DNA of 64,000 nucleotides from Octopus sinensis (Eukaryota): NCBI RefSeq assembly GCF_006345805.1, contig NC_043011.1, positions 59,532,464 to 59,596,463 of the forward strand, read 5' to 3'. Shown piece by piece: positions 1 to 12,400 of this stretch (position 1 is its first letter; each line of letters starts with the position of its first letter). The notes under the pieces were generated by a model. It saw only the letters and a program-made list of their open reading frames with translations, ran no database searches and was not told where the DNA came from. The position numbers and the translations under genes were made by a program.

Positions 1-138
1 CCTGCTGTGGCTGTGTAGTCCTATCCTGGACAAACACTCCTTCTGGCAGGTACCGCAAATGTAGCGAAGACTGTTCCTGGCTGGTTGTAATGCCATAGTT
101 TCTTGTTGACATCTCATCTTTTCTTTCCATTTCTTCTC
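1..138 (-). mobile_element. RTE-clade LINE, C-terminal ORF fragment with zinc-finger motif
   Basis: Minus strand reads KKWKEKMRCQQETMALQPARNSLRYICGTCQKECLSRIGLHSHSR, matching the CxxC-x3-SRIGLxSH motif at the C-terminus of RTE ORFs; runs off the window edge. Confidence 0.75.
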
Positions 139-708
139 TCTCTCTCTGTCACTCCTTTGTATTCCCTCTCTGTATATATATATATATATAATATATATAT
201 TAAACAGAGTTATTGGTGAAGGATGATCAATCCATGCAAAATACTTGATAAGCGCTCTGTTGGAACTCCAGGCTAATAATATTGCTTCAGTTAGTAAAGA
301 AATCCAACTATTCCGATGGCAGGATCCGAGGTTATAGTTCATCATCATTCTATATTGTAAATCCGCGTTTACGCTCCAGTCAAACTATTTCTACACAGTT
401 ACACCCAGAAATATCTCTGACGAAACTAGTATTAATCTTTTAGGACGTTCAACTTTTCTCAACTGATTGAGAAACCTATTAACCTATTAGTAACGTACCT
501 ATAACAACTACTGGAAACAGCTGTAAGCCAATCTTATCTGATATATATATATATATCAGATTTATATCGTGCCCTACTCATTGAAAATGATGGCTCTTAG
601 TTTTCTTTCAATCCTTTTTGCTTTTGTTCCAGTCTTTAAAACCATTCTTGTGTTGCTTCGTTTTACCTCCATTCACTCCATTTATCTCAATGACTCACTC
701 ATTCTTCA

Positions 709-749
<41 letters not shown>

Positions 750-910
750 TGAGTATGGAATCGTTGTGTCTTTTAGAACTATAATTGCAACAACCTAGCT
801 TTAGTTTCAGTTCCAGTGTGAGGGCCTTTTGGAAAAGTGTCTTCTACTATAGATCCGAGCTGACTTGTTTCTTGGGTGAATGGGGTAGAAAGAAATATGA
901 AACTCTGTCA

Positions 911-965
<55 letters not shown>

Positions 966-1239
966 TGTGCATGTTCAAGCGGGTGATATGTGTGTGCGTG
1001 CGTGATGTCCCCCAATGTCCTTACAACCGGTGTTGTATATTTTTTACTTCCCCAATAGCTAGCGTTTCGGCAACACAAGGATAGAATAGTACCACACTTT
1101 GAAAATAAGCACTGAAATTGTCCAGGCGGTGCCCCAGCATGGCCGAACTCCATTCACTGAAACAAAAGATAAAGGATGTTCTATATATATAGATATGCAT
1201 AAATAAATAACCACACACACACACACACACATACACACT

Positions 1240-1310
<71 letters not shown>

Positions 1311-2045
1311 ATATATATAAAGAGAGAAGGAAAGAAAGCAGAGACAAAGAGAGATGTTTATACATATATCAGTATATAGTTATGCTTGTTTATGTAAATT
1401 TCCGTCGCTTTTTTCCCTCCGCAGCAAACCTCTACCCCACCTCCAATCTCCTTTCCCACTGTCTGCACTATATATATGCTTTGTTCTTCTAAACGAAGCG
1501 ATCTTTTCCTCTCTCTCCCTTCTCTCTCTACCACTCACTCCATCATTCCTTCATTTTCTATACTCTCCTTTCTATGCTTTACTTCATTAATTCCTGCAAT
1601 CTATTTTACCGAATTAGCTTTACACCTTTCATGTTCGCGCTGTTCCCTCCTCCTCCGACGAAGTCGTTTTTCCTATTCTTCTTTGTGTTTAACTTTCTGC
1701 TTGCGTAACCGTTTCTTATACGCTATTATATCTCATTTTGCCAATCTTTCATTCGTCTATTTATCTATCTAATTATTCATTCTCTTGTAATAGTTTCCTT
1801 TTCTCACACCAACTTGTGTCAAAGTTGAAGTGGATGTAAAAGCACGAGAAACAGATGAAATACAGTTTAAATATTAGTTTCACTCTTGGCAGAGAAAAAT
1901 ATATTTGTAGAGACATCTTACGTTTCTGTGTAAATATCGTCGGAGAAAACAACAAAAATGAGTGGGAAGAAGAGGAAGAAGAGAAAGCCAGAGAGACATA
2001 ATAAATATATGTTGTAATAGAAGGTCACCATGTCCAAAGATAAAA

Positions 2046-2115
2046 ATGGAGACAAAACCGGAATTTTTGTTTCTTTTCGTTTTGTGTGTGTGTATGGCTC
2101 AGACATCAAAGCCAA
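2046..2115 (+). CDS. Candidate exon 1 (signal-peptide-like) of a small secreted protein
   Basis: AAAAATGG start context; METKPEFLFLFVLCVCMAQTSKP has a hydrophobic core; ends in phase 1 at CAA|GTGAGA. Confidence 0.4.
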
Positions 2116-2342
2116 GTGAGATTGTGGGAGAGTGTAAATTTATTATGTGTTGTATAGGTTCTACTGAATGAAGTGTGGCAAGGGTGTGTTGGCGTGTTGT
2201 ACGCGTTAGTATGTTGTGTGTGGATACGTGTGGATATGTGTATATATACGTATGGATCTGTAGAAATTATTGTGCTTGTGTGTTTGGATGTAGATAGTAA
2301 CAAAGAATGAAAGCAATGATTTCCTATTTGCTGTTCTGTTAG

Positions 2343-2391
2343 TATGTGAGGGTAGAATGTTTGATTTGCATTCGGGCGCAGCAGTAGAAGA
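2343..2391 (+). CDS. Candidate exon 2 of the same gene
   Basis: Acceptor ttgctgttctgttag, donor GA|GTGAGT; 49 nt, phase 1 in and phase 2 out; reads (I)CEGRMFDLHSGAAVE(D). Confidence 0.4.
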
Positions 2392-2556
2392 GTGAGTTAT
2401 GCAGAGCAAGACCGAAAGCGTCGAGGTACCGAGGTGTACGGTGCCTTGAATACGTTGAGTTTAGAGCTGAGAATGGTCCGACAACAAATTATATAAGGTT
2501 TCCGTAGATTTATTATTTCAAACAGTTTTCTTTTACATATGTGTAAGTGAATTATA

Positions 2557-2767
2557 TACATTATTTACATTTGAAGGATATTTGTCCTCATCTTGTTTGT
2601 TGTTAACACAACGTTTCGGCTGATATACCCCCAGCCTTCATCAGGTGTCTTGGGGAAATTTCAAACCTGGGTTCTCATTCCTAAGGTATTTTTCGATGTT
2701 ATTATTAATATTATTATTATTATCATTATTATTATTATTGTTGTTGTTGTTGTTGTTGTCATTATTA

Positions 2768-2830
<63 letters not shown>

Positions 2831-2890
2831 CATCATCATTATTCAGGTCGTCACTGCCTGGAACCGACATCGGAATCTTGGAGTTCGAAT
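2557..2890 (-). mobile_element. Composite short repeat: possible tRNA-like head, (AAT/AAC)n, then Penelope-type tail with hammerhead
   Basis: 2557-2670 is nearly identical to the palindrome arms at 50602-50820; contains the hammerhead at 2606-2648; degenerate B-box-like GTCGGTTCC near 2856-2866. Confidence 0.65.
2606..2648 (-). ncRNA. Minimal type I hammerhead ribozyme motif
   Basis: acac CUGAUGA A GGCUG-ggggUAUAU-CAGCC GAAA CG UU gugu: intact core, 5-bp stem II, stem I acac/gugu, palindromic ACGU in place of stem III. Confidence 0.75.
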
Positions 2891-3432
2891 CTGGGCCGAA
2901 GCATTATAACACTAATGTAAATTATAACACTAATGTAAATTCGGCGTTTTTCTGAGAATATGTTAATTTTCTAATCTACTGTTTTTAGCATCGTTCATAC
3001 TTATTCAACAACACGAACAAAATTAGTAATGGTTGACATTTGAAACAAGCTCGTGTGTGTGTACATGCGTGTGTGTGTGTGGGGGGGTGATAGAACCTCC
3101 CAAAATTAGACCCCAATATCTAAGTGTTAACTAAACCTATAATCTATTCTGAAGCTTCTGACGTGGAGATCTACCCTCATTCTATCGGGTGGTATCTGGA
3201 AGGTTCGTTCATGGCCCACAGCCACCCAGTTGGAAATGAAAGAGTCTTATGATCAATATCTTCTTTCATTTAAATCCAAGTTAAGAGCAATCTGTCTGTC
3301 TGTCTCTATCTCTTTCTCTCTCCTTCTTCTTCTTCTTCTTCTTCTCTTCCTACTCTTTCTTCTCCTTCTCCTTCTTCCCCTCTTTCTTCTTCTTCTTCCT
3401 CCTTGCTTCTTCTTCCCCTCTTTCTGCTTCTT

Positions 3433-3532
3433 NNNNNNNNNNNNNNNNNNNNNNNNNNNNNNNNNNNNNNNNNNNNNNNNNNNNNNNNNNNNNNNNNNNN
3501 NNNNNNNNNNNNNNNNNNNNNNNNNNNNNNNN
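3433..3532. other. Assembly gap (100 N) with duplicated flanks
   Basis: Run of N; 2945-3432 is repeated almost identically from 3533. Confidence 0.95.
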
Positions 3533-3889
3533 CGTTTTTCTGAGAATATGTTAATTTTCTAATCTACTACTGTTTTTAGCATCGTTCATACTTATTCAAC
3601 AACACGAACAAAATTAGTAATGTTTGACATTTGAAACAAGCTCGTGTGTGTGTACATGCGTGTGTGTGTGTGTGGGGGGGGTGATAGAACCTCCCAAATT
3701 AGACCCCAATATCTAGTGTTAACTAAACCTATAATATATTCTGAAGCTTCTGACGTGGAGATCTACCCTCATTCTATCGGGTGGTATCTGGAGGTTCGTT
3801 CATGGCCCCACAGCCACCCCGTTTTGGAAATGAAAGAGTCTTATGATCAATATCTTCTTTCATTTAAATCCAAGTTAAGAGCATCTGTC

Positions 3890-4420
3890 TGTCTGTCTCT
3901 ATCTCTTTCTCTCTCCTTCTCTCTTCTTCTCTTCTTCTCTTCTCTTCTACTCTTTCTTCTCCTTCTCCTTCTTTCCCTCTTCCCCTCTTCTTCTTCTCTT
4001 CTTCGCTTTCTTCTTCTTTCCCTCTTTCTGCTTCTTCTTCTTCTTCTTCTTCCTTCTTCTCCTCTTTCTCTTGTTTTTTTCTTCTTCTTCTTCTTCTTCT
4101 CCTTCCTCCTCCTCCTCTTTCTTCTTCTTCTTCTCTTCTTCTTCTCCCTTTCTTCTTCTTCTTCTTCTTCTTCTTCTCTTCTTCTTTCTTCTTATGCTTC
4201 TTCTTCTTTCTTCTTCTTCTTCCTTTCTTCTTCGTTTCTCTTTTTTCTTCTTTCTCTCTCTTTCTTCTTTCTTTTCTTCTTCTTCTTCTTTTCTCTCTTC
4301 TTCTTCTTTCTTCTTCTCCTCTTCCTCCTGCCTCTCCTCCTTTTTCCCTTTTCTTCTTTCTTCTTCCTCCTCCTTCTTCTCTTCTTCTTCTTCTTCTCCT
4401 CCTCCTCCTCCTCCTCCTTC
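3890..4420. repeat. (CTT/CCT)n low-complexity tract
   Basis: Polypyrimidine trinucleotide repeats. Confidence 0.95.
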
Positions 4421-5019
4421 ATTTGGAAGCTTCAAAACCAAGGATATGACATCCACTCTAACGAGAAATATTGTCGATTGATCCTTTCCATACTTCAATG
4501 GATTTTTGCAATATCGGGCTCAGACTCTCTCAAAACCTTTATGACTTCAATCAACCCGCGGTATACTTCAAACGAAAATTCAAAGTGACTTCTAACTTCC
4601 GCTGTCGGCAATTCTTTTGTCCTGTGTCACTTCCAACTGACTTATTTCAGAAAATATTGACAGGAGAAATTGATCAGTTTCAAATGTTAATCCCAACCAA
4701 ACTTCTTTCTCTACATCTTAGTAGCATCTCTGCTAGCTAATACATCACGTGGGGTTATGCAAGCGGTCTGCAGCAGTTTCTACCACGTAACTTGGCTCCT
4801 CCGCTGGAAAGCTAACTTATTTGCCAACATTAAAATAGCCATACTTCAAGTTTAACATAGCTAAGACTTCACACTTTATAGAAATCTGATAACACTCGCT
4901 CTTCTTTGTGCAGTTGCTGTGTGGAACATAAACTGCCGATTTACAAGTGTAAAATCCGCTTAATATATTTATGATACAATGTAATCATAAGATAATATCC
5001 TTTCTATATGTACTTGTAT

Positions 5020-5975
5020 ATACGGGATTTGTACCGAAAGTAATAGCATAACTATTTTACTGACAGAGGTCGTTCAAATTGCACATGTTGATAGAGAAGG
5101 AACTCTTTCTCCATAAAATATATTAATGAATATTCTCTCCATCAGTAGTGATGATTTGACCATCGTTGGACCCAGCTCTAGAATCTCCCTCGATAATATT
5201 CAGGTGTTCTGAGTCACCAAGACGTTATCTTCGAAGTCCGACGACGCCAGATATGAACTGCACTACTGCTCACGGCACAGTGACGATGCAGAACACAAAG
5301 AGAATGGCATCCTTGTCAGCCCAGAAAACAGTCATTATGACATTCTGTCTTGATCACTAGTTCTTGAACGTCTTAGGTTTTCGAGAAAAGGTGTAACGCC
5401 AATCCCCAGACTCAGCCTTCAATTCCTTTGTGTTCTGATCGAAATAAAAGCGTGCTTTTATTGGTTTCTAACACTTTGAGTAGATTGGAGTAGGCTTCCA
5501 CACGTTTCTCTTTCAAATCGAGTGACTGGATGGCAACTTGCACACACTTTCTCAAACCCGGTGTCCTCCATTTTCTGCAGTCAAGTTGTGGAACAAGAGT
5601 ACAGATTGTGAGTTCCCTATCTGCGCGAATGAATTTGTTCACTTACACTTTCATGTCATTGGCTGCAGTTAATGTTTTCCCAGTGCATGGTTTGTCTCAA
5701 ATGCTGGTCTCCCGTTCTTAAATCTTCTTTAAGGCCAAGAGTCGTCTGTACTCAGTGCTCACTTCAATGTTGTCATCTTTGTGGACATCCAGTAACTTTC
5801 TGTAGGGGACACATTTTCTGAACCCCTCTGAATGTTACTCCTGCTTTGAACCCATTATATTCTTAGCATAAAGAAGAACAGGAAGAACAATTATTTTGCA
5901 GGAAGAGGAGCCCCAACAAAACGTGCAATTCCAGTTATCTATATCACTTTAAATAAGTTATACCCACTTTTCTAT
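5020..5975 (-). mobile_element. Decayed mariner (Tc1/mariner) transposon
   Basis: Frameshifted remnants RKLLDVHKDDNIEVST, RETSI*DKPCTGK, IRADRELTI, KEKRVEAYSNLL and MTVFWADKDAILF follow mariner transposase motif order; TIR-like tacgggatttgtaccgaaagtaat near 5021; ends approximate. Confidence 0.75.
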
Positions 5976-6054
5976 TACTTCCAATAGAAAGGTAGATTTT
6001 ATTTTTTAGGAGTGAATGCCAAGAGATTGATAAATAGATAGAATTATGTGGGTG

Positions 6055-6103
<49 letters not shown>

Positions 6104-6264
6104 ATATACAATACATATTAGCATTTGTATACTTATGTAGATTTTTGCGTGTGTATACACGCATACATATAGAGTATTATACATATACATGCATAGATAT
6201 ACATACTAACGTGTGTTTTATATACATACATATATATATATACATATATATTTATGTGTATGTG

Positions 6265-6295
<31 letters not shown>

Positions 6296-6329
6296 TAACA
6301 GAACATTATTAAAACGTACAACTCTCTTC

Positions 6330-6760
6330 TCTGTGTCAAGAAAACATTATAGATAAATCAGAGGCCGAACTTCCATTACGTTTCTGTGTGTTTTAAGACC
6401 AGCGCTGATGGATTTGCAGTTTCCAAATATATCCCATCAATTCTATAATTGGGATGCCCTGCGTTTCAATGAATCTCTTAATCACGAAGCCAAATTCGCC
6501 AATAACCGCGAATAGAAATGTTACCAAGTTGATTGAAAACTCTAGTTTTGTTTCTTTTTTTTTTTTTTTTGGCTCCTAGTTATTCTGTTTCCTATTTATT
6601 TTTATCTGTGAGCCTTACGTTTTGTCAAGTCTTAGCTTCTGCATTATTTTCCTTCGGCATTTTCTGTAGCGGGAATGTGTTAGGTTTATTGATTTGTTCC
6701 ATGGAGTCCCTTTTTTCCTTCTTATATGCCTTCCACCACACAGATTTATTGTAATTTGAC
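6330..6760 (-). mobile_element. Highly decayed R2/R4-type LINE endonuclease remnant
   Basis: Remnants NKPNTF, NVRLTDKNK*ETE*L and FAVIGEFGFVIK resemble the RLE motifs RPD, D-N-KE-EK and PVVIGALG. Confidence 0.3.
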
Positions 6761-8009
6761 AGTCTTTACTATTTATTTTAATGGAAAATATTGTGGGTTT
6801 TTTTTTGTTCTTTTATACGATTTCATTACACGTGATGAAATATTGCCTTTATGACGTTAGTAGCTGCGGAATGGGGCGATAAGACGCGGCTCTCTGGACT
6901 CTGGCGATTCGGCACAGCTAACTTGACATTCAGTACTTTTCGGGGCTGGAGGCAAACACAGACCCGCAGACATTTACACATGCAAATCGAAAAAATAAGA
7001 GAAGGAGATTGAGATAAAATTGGTTAATTGAACACGATTGACATAAACACTTTCTGTATCATCATAAACATAAAGAGCAATATGATCACACCCATAGACA
7101 GAGAAAAAGATGGGGTAGGATGGAGAGGACGAGAAAATCATTTAAACGAACAAAACTTTAAAACGTTTGATGTAAAATAAATCAGCATCGAATCAGCGAC
7201 GCCAAAACAGCAGCGGCGAAAGGTCTCCTCCCCAGGAAGCCATCCTGATTCGCTTTACATGCTGTTCTTCTGTGTTCTGAATTCGTTTTCTGATTTTTTA
7301 CGAAGCTCTAGAGTTAATTTTATTCTTCATTTTATGAAACAAGAATCTGTTTTAGTAAAGCATCTATATGTATTATTTACGATTATTTGCAATTTCAAAG
7401 TTAGATCGTACATGTGTGTAAAGGTGAGAGTTTTGTAAGAAGGTAAATTTAGAAGTAAATTATCGTATTTAATCAGATATAAGTCACCCCTAACTTAGTG
7501 TTAAATTTTGATGCAAAACATTTCCCCTTCATAGTTTTAAACCTGGACCGCGTATCAATCGCTCCTCAGTTGTAGCAAAAAATTCAATAATAAAATAACT
7601 GTACAGAAGTACACGAGGGTAATATTTAGAAGTTAGATTATGCGTATCTCATGAGAAGAGAAATTTGTGAGCATCAAGTGAGGTTTATTCTTGAACGACA
7701 AACAAACAGAAGACACTGGAGATAAGAAAAGAAAGCAAATTCATCCCAGCTTTGGAAAGTATAAAACTTTACTCTGAGGCAAATGACTTTTGGGTGGCTG
7801 CAGTTTAACATCTCGGAATTTCTTATGAGAGTATCGTCTCAAATGCTCATCTATTGGTTGGCTTTAACCATTTCACTTTAACAAATTTTGACCACTTGAA
7901 ATATTTTGGACCATGAGAAGAATGATTGCTTTCATGTTGTTTTTTTCTTTTAATTGAGCTGTGTTGTTTTGCTTATGCATTTTTCAATGAAAATAATATT
8001 TGAGTTAAG

Positions 8010-8355
8010 GGCAGGTAATTTTAAGCTAAGAAGAAAATTGAGTAATTGAAGTTTTGCTTGTTATGTCTGCAATGTTTTAAAATACGAATGTACGAAACGT
8101 GATGTTTAATTTTAAGATATATGCGTGAGTGCTCGTCATTTAGAACGCTGGTTGTGGAATGAAAGATATTTTAAACATTAAGTGAAGGATGAACGATATT
8201 TTAAGTAGTTGAAAGAAGTAGATATTTTAAGATGTAGTTGTAGGAAGTGTGATAATTTAAATTACTAATAGAGAAAGCGAGATGTTACGTTCTGCTATGG
8301 CCGTAAGATATGCAATAATTTAAACTGGGGAGCGGGCTGAGCGATATCTGAAGCT
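8010..8355 (+). repeat. Degenerate tandem array, about 30-bp period, core GATATTTTAA
   Basis: Core or variants at 8014, 8041, 8071, 8101, 8135, 8165, 8195, 8221, 8251, 8281, 8314, 8343. Confidence 0.65.
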
Positions 8356-8438
8356 GCTTTGAAGCTGCATATGTTGGCTGTGAAATATTCAATTTGGGAT
8401 ACGATATGTTATAGCGTTATTGTATGATGTTTTTATAG

Positions 8439-8619
8439 TTATCGTGACTTCCACGGAACTAAAAAGAATGTGCACTTCTTTCCACAACTCCTGGCAAAGT
8501 CTGTTCAAAATTCTACAAGGTCTTTCATAGCAGCAGGTCTTTGTGAAATAGAAACAGCTCTTCTTCTGCCAGAATATGAAGACATAGCGACTAAGAGGTG
8601 CCAATTCGCTCCTGGCTGA
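8439..8619 (+). CDS. Candidate terminal exon 3 of the same gene
   Basis: Acceptor tgatgtttttatag; phase 2 entry gives 59 open codons YRDFHGTKKNVHFFPQLLAKSVQNSTRSFIAAGLCEIETALLLPEYEDIATKRCQFAPG then TGA; AT-rich downstream with AATAAA at 8888. Confidence 0.35.
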
Positions 8620-9240
8620 GTGACTGCATTATTTACAGTACTTTAAGCTGCACATTGATGATTTGCGAATTAGAGTTGGTATAGTTTTATTTGTTGGAAA
8701 TGTATTGTGTTTGTGTTTTCTTTTATTGTTGAATATAAATTAACTATTGAGTGGGAAGTGAATGACAGGCGTGTCAGACAAGGAGAAAATATTTAGTTTA
8801 TTATTCGATAGAAGAATGAAGAATAAGACAATTTATTTTGATATATTACCAACTCTGAAATTTATATTATTACCAAAGCTCAGAAAGAATAAAACTTTGT
8901 GATAAAAGTAATATTTATGAGGTCAACTGTATTCTCTGAGAGAAGATCGAAGTGTTTGGTTTTGATGGTCACAAGTTTCTTTAGATTAATCAAGCATTCT
9001 TTCTAAGTTAATGATGGCCCTGTTGCAGGTAATGAAATTCACTAATGCAAGTGATAAACGAATTGAAATGGTCAACATTAGGCGCAAGTACTCGGGTTGT
9101 TAATCAATTACTGGGTTTATTTAAGTAAAAGGCAGATCATATATAAAGACATAACCAAATGCTTTGGCTTGTTTAGTTTTTTCAAAAGCGATCGAACAAG
9201 GAACTGCAAGTCGCTGTATTTGAATTTTATATCTTATTCA

Positions 9241-9400
9241 GGTAAAGGCTGGTGGCCTAATGATTTAAAGTGTTGTGCTTACGATCATAAGGTCACAGGT
9301 TCGAATCCTGAACTAATTGGCACAATGTGTCCTTGAAAGTGGCACGTCATTTCACATTGAATTTATCTAACTGTAAAAAAACATCAACCAAATGCTTGTA
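9241..9400 (+). mobile_element. Old tRNA-derived SINE head (family D)
   Basis: A-box tggcctaatg, B-box ggttcgaatcc, CORE-like gtgtccttgaaag; similar to 14896 and 46436 copies. Confidence 0.6.
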
Positions 9401-9564
9401 CAGTTCTCTCTCCCACCCTGATGATATTTGTAGGGTCAAAGACATGAAGGAGGAGAGGCTTCCTATGTCTTCTAGCCACAATACAGACACAGAAAACAAT
9501 TAGTGGAAGCATGGTACATGCTAAAATGCCATACTCTTAGGTGGTGGTCCCGGTTCTTTTAACT

Positions 9565-9999
9565 TCTTTTACTTTTGACTTGTTTCAGTCATCAAACTAT
9601 GGCCATGCTGGGTAGTACGAATCAACCCCAAGACTTATTTGCTTTAGCACTTATTCTATCGATTGCCTTTTGCCGGACCGTTAGCACATGAGGATATAAA
9701 CGCACCAAAACTGGCTATCGAGCGGTAATCGGGGGCAAACACAAAAAACACACACACACACACACACATACACACGTACGCACACAAACAAACACACACG
9801 CACACACATACATACATACATACATATACACATACATACACTGCCGGCTTGTTTCAGTTTCCGTCTACCAAATCCACACACAAAGGTTTGGTCAACCCGT
9901 GGCTATAATAGAAGAGACTTGTCCAAGACACTTACCACGAAGTGGGACTGAACCTGGAACCACGTGACTGGGATGTACACATCTTTACCACATAGCCAT
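9565..9999 (-). mobile_element. tRNA-derived CORE-type SINE (family B)
   Basis: Head ggctatgtggtaaag...ggttcagtccc, CORE-like cttggacaagtctcttct, internal (TG)n, tail cagcatggccatag...gactgaaacaag. Confidence 0.85.
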
Positions 10000-10038
10000 G
10001 TGTATGATCAAAATGCAAAGCATTATATGCATGTGCGC

Positions 10039-10069
<31 letters not shown>

Positions 10070-10504
10070 GTGTGTGTGTGTGTATGTGCGTGACTTTCAT
10101 AAGCAAGTTTCAAGCGAGTTAATTATAAAACAAGTTGTTATAATCACACCCTCAGTAAGACTCAAAGCCCTCAGTAAGACTCAAAGTATTTATATCAATT
10201 CGGCGTCAGCGATGTTTATATATTTTTATTCTATATTTACAAAACAAAAACCTGGAATAATTTTATTCCAGTTCCATCATTGAAACCAAAGATTGCAAAC
10301 TTCATTGATTTTTATATCAAAACATCGTTCTTTTAGAAAAATTTGGACTCAAACCTCAACATGCCAAAACCAGTTATTCGACATCATTAATATTTCCTTG
10401 CGCAAATATCATGATATATTTGGCATTGCATTGACTTATGAACTTTCTGGGATACAGTTTTTAGAGTTTAGAATGTGGTAGCATGGCAACGTACAGTCAC
10501 AAAT

Positions 10505-10919
10505 GGCGACAAGCTGGCAGAATCGATAGCTGGCCGGGCGAAATACTTAGCGGTATTTTGTCTGTCTTTACGTTCTGAGTTCAAATTCCACCGTGGTTGA
10601 CTTTGCCTTTCATCCTTTCGGGGTCGATAAATTAAGTACCAGTTACGCACTGGGGTCGATATAATCGACTTAATCCCTTTGTTTGTCCTTGTTTGTCCCC
10701 TCTGTGTTTAGCCCCTTGTGGTAATAAAGAAATAGGTATTTCGTCTGTCTTTGTGTTCTGAGTTCAAATTCCACCAAGGTTGACTTTGCCTTTCATCCTT
10801 TCGGGGTCAACGAAATATGTACCAGTTACGCACTGGGGTCGTTGTAATCGACATAATCCGTTTGTCTGTCCTTGATTGTCCCCTCTATGTTTAGAACCCC
10901 TGTGGGCAATAAAGAAATA
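10505..10919 (+). mobile_element. tRNA-derived SINE (family A) with tandem-duplicated body
   Basis: Head gctggcagaatcg...gagttcaaattcc; conserved domain gactttgcctttcatcctttcggggtcgataaattaagtaccag (Meta/MESC-like, from recall) present twice. Confidence 0.9.
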
Positions 10920-10930
10920 AATATTTATAT

Positions 10931-11243
10931 TGTGTCATTTGTTCCTTCTCAAGCCATGCCTGGTTCATAACGGCCGGTTTTCCCGGTTTCATTGCTGTAT
11001 AAGTCCCCCACCCCATGGACGGGACGCCGGTCCGTCGCAGGTGAGCTGCAAGATGCAGGAGAAAAGAGTGGGAGAAATTTGTGGCGAAAGGTTCAGCAGC
11101 AGTTCGCCATTGCCTTCTGCCAGGGCCGTATGGAGCTTAGGTATTTCGCTCATAAGCACACACATCACCCGGTATGAGATTCGAACCCGCGATCCTTCGA
11201 CCGCCAGTCCGCTGCTCTAACCACTAGGCTATGTGCATCCACA
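10931..11243 (-). mobile_element. tRNA-derived SINE (family C head, tail type 3)
   Basis: Head tagcctagtggttagagcagcggac...gggttcgaatctc; tail acctgcgacggaccggcgtcccgtcc. Confidence 0.85.
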
Positions 11244-11457
11244 AGGCAACATTTATACCGTAAATTCAAAAGTGGAATGGAATCAAGCTCTGAGGATCAC
11301 ATACGCATAACTTACTCTAAAAGTCAATGTAGCCACGAGGCGGATGTAGAATAAGTTGTAGTGAGAAATCTAAAATTTGATGGTAATATTGTGATCCTGG
11401 AGATATAGAATAATATCAGCCAGAACCAATTTTAGTATTGTGCACTTATATATGTAT

Positions 11458-11490
<33 letters not shown>

Positions 11491-11821
11491 ACATAGATGT
11501 GGTATATATATAAACATAATTGCGCTGAGGGAGGTAACTCAAATAAACCAATGGCCAGGTTTAAGATAAATCAAGTTGATGTGAATTGTTGAAGTGAATG
11601 ACATAGGGAAAAGTCTCCTGGTTAATTAACATATTCTTTTCCACCTCCAAAAAGGAAAAAAAAAATCATTCGTAAATACGCATGTGTGGGTGTGAATAAA
11701 TATATGTGTGCCTGTGTGAGTGTGTGCGTGTGTGCGTGTGTGGTGTGTGTATTGCTGACGTCATGTCAAATTATAAAATTTCAAGCGTGGTTACACACAC
11801 ACACAAACACACACATAAATT

Positions 11822-12341
11822 ATTCCTTTATTCTTTTATTCATTTCAGTCATTTGACTGCGGCCATTCTGGAGCACCGCCGTCAGTCGAACAAATCAACC
11901 CCAGGAGTTATTATTTGTAGGCCTAGTATATATGTTATCGGTCTCTTTGGCCAAAAAGCTAAGTTACGGGAACGTAAACACACCGACATCGGTTGTCAAG
12001 CGATTGTGGGGGGACACACCCTAAAACACAAGCATACATATATATATTACATATGCTTATTCCATCGTTCTCTTTTACCGAACTGCTAAGTAACGGGGAC
12101 GTAAACACAGCAACACAGGTCGTTAAGTGGTGTTGTGGGGGACAAATACCTAACCTCCATAGATATATATAAATATATATACGACGAGCTTCTTTCAGTT
12201 TCCGTTTACCAAATCCACTCACAAGGCTTTGGTCGCCCGAAGCAATAGTAGAAGACACTCGCCCAAGGTGCTACGCAGTGTGACTGAACCTGGAACTATG
12301 AGGTTGGTAAGCAAGCTTCTTACCACACAGCCACACCTGCA
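11822..12341 (-). mobile_element. Family B SINE with internal duplication
   Basis: Matches other family B copies; the ccgaac-gctaagt-acgggga segment occurs twice. Confidence 0.85.
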
Positions 12342-12343
12342 TC

Positions 12344-12397
<54 letters not shown>

Positions 12398-12400
<3 letters not shown>

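Noticed and set aside
2945-4030. Tandem duplication of about 490 bp
   Set aside because: The copies flank a 100-N gap and are nearly identical; most likely a contig-overlap assembly artefact.
3644-4588. 314-aa ORF and overlapping Lys/Glu/Ser-rich ORFs
   Set aside because: Open only because (CTT)n lacks stop codons.
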